Origin: a virus
Taxonomy: Duplodnaviria; Caudoviricetes
DNA: 51,430 nucleotides
Virus record (IMG/VR): IMGVR_UViG_3300032225_002734
Location: 1-51,430 of that record
Strand: one strand, 5' to 3'
In this document: positions 45,568-51,430 of the stretch, piece after piece
Numbering within the stretch: position 1 is the first letter of the stretch
Layout: each line of letters opens with the position of its first letter
Program-made: the position numbers and the translations under genes
The notes under the pieces: generated by a model
What the model saw: the letters and a program-made list of their open reading frames with translations, nothing else
The model's database searches: none
What the model was told of the DNA's origin: nothing

Positions 45568-46855
45568 AAATAAAATATGTATCGTCTCTTTGATATATTT
45601 AGAGCCCCATTGGGAAGAAACGAAAAAAAATATTATTGAATCTGGATATCCAGTTATTTACGTAGATAGAGAAGGGATTGGGTCAATGACTAAAGCTTTT
45701 AATAGTTCTATAACAAAAATAAAAGAAAGATTTAAAAATGATTTACCCGAATATTTATTTTTTGTCACAAATATTAATTTTGATAAAAAATTAATTGATA
45801 GGCTTATATCCTCTATGGATTCAACTGGTTTCGGCGCCATACACCCCACCCATCAAAGCCATCATAAATCTCATCATTACGCAGACCACAATGAGGTTGT
45901 AGAAACGAAATTTATAGAATGGACTTCTCCAATAGTTAAGACAGATCTTTTTTTAAAATTAAATTTAAACGAAAATCATAGGTATTGGTATTTTGATTTA
46001 ATTTGGAGCTATGAGGCTAAAAAGATGGGATATAAACTAGGAGTAGACCACGGAGCAAAGGTTGGGCACACGTATTTATTGGACAACAAAAGTCATATCA
46101 TTTCGAAAATAAGAGACGATCTTAGGTGGTATCATAATCCTGAAGAATTAAAAACTTTAATTAAAAATTACGGTTTAAATTGGAAGCAAACATTAATGAA
46201 AGATGTTCTTAGTGCGAAAGATATTAATATTAAAGAAATTCGAAAAGAATTATCTTTTTGGAAAACTTTTGTAAAAACAGATAGATTTTTAAAAGATTGG
46301 ATAGCCGACAGAAAGACTTCTGAATTAGATGAATATGCCTCTGAATTTATTAAAAATGTCAAGCACGACAAGATCTTAGATGTTGGAAGTGGACCAGTAT
46401 CGATACTCCATGGGCTTTTAAAAAATTCAGATATTACCGCTGTTGATGCGCTCGCTGATTATTATCAGCAAATTTTTAATTTTAAAAAATACAAAATTAA
46501 TCCTCCAATTTTTAATAGAGCAGAGACTCTTAATTATGAATCAGTTTTTGACATTGTTCATATTTCAAATGCGCTTGATCATTGTCAAGATTTAAATTTA
46601 GCTGTAAATAATTTATATAAAGCAGTTAAGCAAAATGGGTATCTTATTATACAAACTTTCGAAAAAGAAGGAACAGAGCAAAAATGGGCAGGATTTCATA
46701 AATGGGATATTTCTTACAGTGCTAAAGGGATTTATGCTTTTAGCGAAAATGGGGAGAAGAACTTAATTATAGAAAATAGCAAAATTTATAAAATTAAACG
46801 CCAACGGAAACTATATAATAGAATATGGACAATTTTAATAATAAAAAAGATATAA
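45560..46855 (+). CDS. Divergent GT2-like domain fused to SAM methyltransferase
   Basis: N-terminal SMTKAFN...FDLIWS; C-terminal ILDVGSGP, FDIVHISNALDH. Confidence 0.7.
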   Translation: MNKNKICIVSLIYLEPHWEETKKNIIESGYPVIYVDREGIGSMTKAFNSSITKIKERFKNDLPEYLFFVTNINFDKKLIDRLISSMDSTGFGAIHPTHQSHHKSHHYADHNEVVETKFIEWTSPIVKTDLFLKLNLNENHRYWYFDLIWSYEAKKMGYKLGVDHGAKVGHTYLLDNKSHIISKIRDDLRWYHNPEELKTLIKNYGLNWKQTLMKDVLSAKDINIKEIRKELSFWKTFVKTDRFLKDWIADRKTSELDEYASEFIKNVKHDKILDVGSGPVSILHGLLKNSDITAVDALADYYQQIFNFKKYKINPPIFNRAETLNYESVFDIVHISNALDHCQDLNLAVNNLYKAVKQNGYLIIQTFEKEGTEQKWAGFHKWDISYSAKGIYAFSENGEKNLIIENSKIYKIKRQRKLYNRIWTILIIKKI

Positions 46856-47277
46856 AGAAAATACTTCTAGATTTTGATGGAGTCTTAACTGATGGGAAAA
46901 TTTTCTACACTCATGATGGAGAACAGTTCAAAGGCATAAATACTAAAGATATTCGTGCGATTAGAGAATTAATTTCTTATGGATACGAAGTAATTATACT
47001 TACTGCCAGCAATTGGCCGGGATCTAAATTTTTTGCCAAAAAAACTGGGGCGGAAATAATTGTATTAAAAGATAAAGGTAAATATATACAAAATTTAAAA
47101 GAAAAATATATTGCTGTCGGAGATGATGTATGGGATCTATCTTTAATTGAAAAATCTTATCGTTTTTTTGCTCCTAAAAATGCTGATAAAATTTTAAAAA
47201 AATATAAAAAAGTAGAATTTTTAAAAACTAATGGTGGCGACGGTATTATAGCAGAATTAGTTTGGCTTCTAAAATAG
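46825..47277 (+). CDS. KdsC-like HAD phosphatase
   Basis: LDFDGVLTDG, VGDDVWD, GGDG. Confidence 0.8.
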   Translation: MDNFNNKKDIKKILLDFDGVLTDGKIFYTHDGEQFKGINTKDIRAIRELISYGYEVIILTASNWPGSKFFAKKTGAEIIVLKDKGKYIQNLKEKYIAVGDDVWDLSLIEKSYRFFAPKNADKILKKYKKVEFLKTNGGDGIIAELVWLLK

Positions 47278-48143
47278 TGAAATATTTTTTTTCGATAGGA
47301 GCCATGTTCAAAAACGAGGCGCCATATTTAAAAGAATGGCTAGAACATTATTTAAATAGAAATATTGATCATTTTTATTTGATTAATGATTGTAGTACTG
47401 ATAATTATATTGAAATTTTAAATAAATATTCAAAATATATTACTCTTTTTAATGTAGACGAAACTATTTCTGTTACGGGAAGACAAATTTATTTTTATAA
47501 TAAGTTTTTTAGAACAATTTTAGACAAAACAGCGTGGATTGGAGTGTTTGATATAGACGAATATGTTTGGAGCCCCTACTCATATGATTTTAAAAAATGT
47601 GCTAATTTTTTAAATCAAAACCATATTGATTATTATAGAATACCTATGGTTCTTTTTGGAAGCAACAAACACATAGAACAACCCAAAGAAATAGTTAATT
47701 CATTTACCAAAAGAATAAATTTTGATAAAGAATATCTTAAGTTTATTCGTCAATGGTGGCAATATAAAAACGTTGCTAAAGCTAATAAGATCATTAGTTT
47801 TAAGATTCATGATTATGAGACGGTTGATAGCTGCAATAAAATTTTTCAAAATAATCTAGATTTAAATAAAAATTTATTTAGATTGAATCATTACAGGCTT
47901 CAATCAAAGAATAAATGGGAAAATAATTTAAATAAAAGTGATATTAATTTATATATTCCTCCAAGCTCAGAAAATCTTTGTCCAAATGTAAATATAAAAT
48001 TAAACAATAATCCCTATAATTATAGAACTATGGATTTATTTTACGAAGCAGATAAACATCAAAATCAGATAGAAGATTTAGATTTAATTTATCAAAATAA
48101 GTGTAATTCAAATGAAGATGCAAAAAAATATTTTAATATTTAA
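47262..48143 (+). CDS. GT92/GT2-like glycosyltransferase, paralogue of 30843-31781
   Basis: MFKNEAPYLKEWLEHY, NDCSTD, FDIDEYVWSPY, LNHYRLQSK. Confidence 0.8.
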   Translation: MASKIVKYFFSIGAMFKNEAPYLKEWLEHYLNRNIDHFYLINDCSTDNYIEILNKYSKYITLFNVDETISVTGRQIYFYNKFFRTILDKTAWIGVFDIDEYVWSPYSYDFKKCANFLNQNHIDYYRIPMVLFGSNKHIEQPKEIVNSFTKRINFDKEYLKFIRQWWQYKNVAKANKIISFKIHDYETVDSCNKIFQNNLDLNKNLFRLNHYRLQSKNKWENNLNKSDINLYIPPSSENLCPNVNIKLNNNPYNYRTMDLFYEADKHQNQIEDLDLIYQNKCNSNEDAKKYFNI

Positions 48144-48720
48144 TTATTCAATTTTTTCTGAAGAAGAAAAGAAGAAGAAAACATTAAATAAACCTTTCCG
48201 ATTGCCCAAAGGTAATAATAAAAAATTTGGAGTATACGTCAAAAATGACAAAGGAAACGTGGTTATGGTTAAATTTGGGGATCCAAATATGGAAATTAAA
48301 AGAGATAATCCAGAAAGAAGAAAATCTTATAGAGCTAGACATAATTGCTCAAATCCCGGTCCTAAATGGAAAGCTAATTATTGGAGCTGCAAAATGTGGA
48401 GCGCAAAACCAGTAAGTAAAATAGCTGGTTCTTGTGGTAAGCCAAACTGTGGATCAACAGAAGATGCGGAATTTACTTTAGATATGGATCTTCAAGCAAA
48501 AAATAAAGGTCTTTGGTATAATATACAACAAAAGAAAAAAAGAATGGGTAAAAATTATAAACCAGCCAAACCAGGGTCTCCTGACCGCCCCAAAAAAGAA
48601 GCTTTTGAAAAAGCTCAAGGTGAATACGAATGGGATGGAGAAGAAGAATTTAACCAAGAAGAACTTTTAAAGCTAGATCCTACATTAGCTAACGCAGAAA
48701 TTATTGAAGAAATTAATTAG
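48112..48720 (+). CDS. Basic phage protein with acidic tail
   Basis: KKFGVYVK..VKFGDPNM..RRKSYRARHNC..YWSCKMW and GLWYNIQQK modules recall widespread uncharacterised phage proteins. Confidence 0.6.
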   Translation: MKMQKNILIFNYSIFSEEEKKKKTLNKPFRLPKGNNKKFGVYVKNDKGNVVMVKFGDPNMEIKRDNPERRKSYRARHNCSNPGPKWKANYWSCKMWSAKPVSKIAGSCGKPNCGSTEDAEFTLDMDLQAKNKGLWYNIQQKKKRMGKNYKPAKPGSPDRPKKEAFEKAQGEYEWDGEEEFNQEELLKLDPTLANAEIIEEIN

Positions 48721-48738
48721 GTTTGTGTAAACCAGTAT

Positions 48739-49269
48739 ATGCTTGGTATTGGAGATCTAGAATATCTTTCTTATAGAACTGGTCTTACTGAAGAAAAAGT
48801 TATTTTATTGTCTGAGTCAGAAAATGATTTAGATCTTATTATTAATGAATTAGCAAAAGAAGAAATAGAAGATGGCCTTCTTCATATTAGTTTTGAGCTT
48901 TTTACTAAATTATATGTATACAGAATAAGCTCAGAACTAGATTTTAAAATAAAAGAAAAAAGTTATATTAGTTCTACTATAAGTTCTATATACCCAAAAT
49001 TAGAAAAACATAAAATAGAAAATGTTACGATACAAGAAGATTGGGAAAGTCTTTGGAAACCAGACGAACAAATAGCTAAATATTATTTCGTATTATTGAG
49101 CATGTTTAAAGACAGTTTAGAAAAAAGAAGAAGATCATATCCTAACCCCAATATGTTTTATCTTAAAGCTGTTGAGGGATTTGAGAATGCAGATAAAAAA
49201 GAATTAGCATCTCATTTAAAAACTTGGATTAATTTAATACGCAGGATGAGAGAAGAATATTGGGTGTAA
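48739..49269 (+). CDS. Hypothetical protein
   Basis: 176-aa ORF preceded by GTGTAA. Confidence 0.6.
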   Translation: MLGIGDLEYLSYRTGLTEEKVILLSESENDLDLIINELAKEEIEDGLLHISFELFTKLYVYRISSELDFKIKEKSYISSTISSIYPKLEKHKIENVTIQEDWESLWKPDEQIAKYYFVLLSMFKDSLEKRRRSYPNPNMFYLKAVEGFENADKKELASHLKTWINLIRRMREEYWV

Positions 49270-49811
49270 TCTATATTATAAATATTAAAAATATATTTAA
49301 TTGGTTTGGATGGAAAAGCAAACTATTTTTAGTTCTACTAGTTAATATTGTTATTTTTTATTTTGGCATAAAAACAGGTTTTGATTTAAAAAAAGAAACT
49401 AATTTTACTAATATTCCAAACTCTTGTTTTGTTGATTCTTTAATTTGGGCATCTAAATGTAATTTTTACTTAAATACTCATACTGAAGTTTGGAATAATA
49501 TATATTGCTATACATTTCATTATAAAGACGATCCAACTTTTCAATTTGGTCATGCTATAACCGCTTTTGAATATAAAGATACATTATGGATTTATGACCC
49601 AAATTGGGGCACAATGCCTATTGATGCAAAAGGAAATAGATTAGAATATAATAAAAAAATTAAATCGTATTTAACATCAATTTACAATATAATAGTATTA
49701 GAGGACTTTATGGTAGACGATTGGTCTTATATTCAAAGAATAAAACAAAAAAAGATGAACGAAAATCAAACTCAAGTGTCAAAATATTTAGATGAACCAA
49801 AAAAGGAGTAA
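49260..49811 (+). CDS. Membrane-anchored transglutaminase/papain-like Cys-His-Asp protein
   Basis: N-terminal TM; NSCF, GHAI, WIYDPNWG. Confidence 0.55.
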   Translation: MGVIYIINIKNIFNWFGWKSKLFLVLLVNIVIFYFGIKTGFDLKKETNFTNIPNSCFVDSLIWASKCNFYLNTHTEVWNNIYCYTFHYKDDPTFQFGHAITAFEYKDTLWIYDPNWGTMPIDAKGNRLEYNKKIKSYLTSIYNIIVLEDFMVDDWSYIQRIKQKKMNENQTQVSKYLDEPKKE

Positions 49812-49817
49812 GGAAAT

Positions 49818-51430
49818 ATGAAAATAAACCTACTAAAAGGGTTACTAAGAAGCACAGCCGCAAAATTAATTGCGGCTTTTTTAATGTCTGGAGCGGTCCA
49901 AGAATCTCAAGCAGTAACGTTCTTATGGAATAATACTGGATCAGCATGGACATCTGGAACCAGTTGGACAAATGGCGTACAACCATCTTCAACTAGTTCT
50001 AGCACTACAACAGATGATATTCAATTTAGTAATTATGGAGCAAATAATAATACAGTTATATTAACTTCTACTAGAGCTGCAGCAAGTATGGCATTTCTAA
50101 CTAATGCTAATGCATATACCGTTAATAGTTCTACTGGAGCTCAAACATTATCAATAAGCAAAGGTCTTACTAATAATTCAACTGCAACTCAAACATTTAA
50201 TATATTAGTAGAAAATGCTAATGCTAGTAATACTTGGTATCAAACTTCTGGTGGTAGTTTAGTATTTAATAATAATGTCGGTTTAACAACTGCATCTTCT
50301 AGTACGGCTAGAACATTGACTTTAGCTGGTGGTGGCACATTCACTTTCAATGCTGGTATTACTCAAGGATTATCTACTGGTGGAAAATTATCAATTAATA
50401 ACGCTGGTGGAATTGTTAATTTGAATGCTGCAAATACAATGGGTGGTGGAACAGTAATTAGTGCTGGTACAGTTAATATTAGTAATTCTCAAGCATTAGG
50501 TACAGGTATTGTTGAGTTAGGCGCAACAACTGGAACTACTTATGGAAATAGTATTTTAAATAATACTAAAGGTTCTGCTCTAACATTAACAGGACTTACA
50601 GGAGTATTATGGTCTGGAACAACTCCAGCTGGAATTCAGATTGGAACATCTTCTAGTACAGCTGCAAATAATATAGATTTTGGTAACGGATTAGTAACGA
50701 CAACTACATCTCGACAAATGAATATTGCTGGTACAGGAGTTACGATTTCCATGGGAACACTAACTACTACAGGTACAGGCAATGGTTACACATTCCAATT
50801 TGATGGCACAGGAAATACCATTGACTTAGATGGTTGGAAAATTAGTTCAGCTGCTACTCCTTCACAAAATGTAATACATCAATTAAAAGGCACAGCTAAT
50901 TTGAACATGGGTACGATTGAGAATGGCACAGCAGGATGGGTGAATGGCATTGAAGTGAATGGTGGCGGTGTTAACAGGTTTACTGGTAACAACACCTACA
51001 CTGGTACTACTTCTTACTTGAATGGTACTAACATTGTTTCTGGTGACAACAGCGCCGCTACAGGTGCAGTTTCAGTTGCAGGTACTTCTGGTTCAGGCAA
51101 AATGCCTTATTTGAGATTAGACAATCCCAATGGTATATCTAGTTCCAGTATCATATCTGGATCCACAAGTACTTCTACAGCAGGTACTATTGACTTTAAT
51201 GGTGGTACAAATTATGTGTTTAATTCATTTGGCGGAAACAACATGTTCTTCACCAATTCATACAATCAAGCAGCCACAGTCACATTTACAAACGCTGCCA
51301 ACACCCTTACATCATCTGCTGCTGGTAGCGGTGGCAGACAGTTGATAAACAACAGTACCAATTTGACTATAGTGTTCAATGGTAACGTAGATATTGGTTC
51401 TTCTTCTACAGGATTAAGCGATACCTTTGG
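49818..51430 (+). CDS. Secreted Ser/Thr/Gly/Asn-rich protein with autotransporter-associated beta-strand repeats (partial, not in ORF track)
   Basis: ATG 49818 after AAGGAG/AAGGA; frame open to window end; signal peptide ending ESQA; repeats LNAANTMGGGTVISAGTVNI and FTGNNTYTGTTSYLNGT. Confidence 0.85.
   Translation, partial: MKINLLKGLLRSTAAKLIAAFLMSGAVQESQAVTFLWNNTGSAWTSGTSWTNGVQPSSTSSSTTTDDIQFSNYGANNNTVILTSTRAAASMAFLTNANAYTVNSSTGAQTLSISKGLTNNSTATQTFNILVENANASNTWYQTSGGSLVFNNNVGLTTASSSTARTLTLAGGGTFTFNAGITQGLSTGGKLSINNAGGIVNLNAANTMGGGTVISAGTVNISNSQALGTGIVELGATTGTTYGNSILNNTKGSALTLTGLTGVLWSGTTPAGIQIGTSSSTAANNIDFGNGLVTTTTSRQMNIAGTGVTISMGTLTTTGTGNGYTFQFDGTGNTIDLDGWKISSAATPSQNVIHQLKGTANLNMGTIENGTAGWVNGIEVNGGGVNRFTGNNTYTGTTSYLNGTNIVSGDNSAATGAVSVAGTSGSGKMPYLRLDNPNGISSSSIISGSTSTSTAGTIDFNGGTNYVFNSFGGNNMFFTNSYNQAATVTFTNAANTLTSSAAGSGGRQLINNSTNLTIVFNGNVDIGSSSTGLSDTF
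49856..49882 (+). terminator. Intrinsic terminator-like hairpin inside signal-peptide coding region
   Basis: AGCCGCAA-AATTAA-TTGCGGCT followed by TTTTT. Confidence 0.4.

Noticed and set aside
1935-51345. Short antisense or alternate-frame ORFs in the track (e.g. 2095-2562, 5635-6024, 8073-8516, 27520-27866, 49708-49992, 51130-51345)
   Set aside because: They lie within well-supported genes on the other strand or frame and have no recognisable motifs.
1-51430. Stop-codon reassignment
   Set aside because: Core genes are full length under the standard code, and TAA, TAG and TGA all terminate genes at sensible positions.

Overview
Very AT-rich, gene-dense segment of a large dsDNA bacteriophage genome, read with the standard genetic code. 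No capsid or terminase genes, CRISPR array, reverse transcriptase or transposase are visible. It carries a replication/recombination block: a DNA polymerase III alpha split into separate PHP, 3'-5' exonuclease and polymerase genes, DnaG-like primase, DnaB, RecA-like recombinase, two PD-(D/E)XK nucleases, and putative ssDNA-binding and annealing proteins. Nucleotide-metabolism genes are nrdA/nrdB, thyX, dCMP deaminase, dNMP kinase, a GMP reductase/IMPDH-family enzyme, purA and thioredoxin. There is also a sigma-70-type factor, a complete tmRNA, and an unassigned ~300-nt highly structured non-coding region with its own promoter. Interspersed are about 17 glycosyltransferase-like genes plus gmd, a KdsC-like phosphatase, a sulfotransferase-like gene and several SAM methyltransferases. 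The most notable are a TibC/Aah-type protein O-heptosyltransferase, a plant HPAT/SGT1-like protein O-glycosyltransferase, a prolyl-hydroxylase-like 2OG-Fe(II) oxygenase, and a secreted Ser/Thr-rich autotransporter-repeat protein that runs off the window end. All family assignments come from motif recognition by eye, not database searches.
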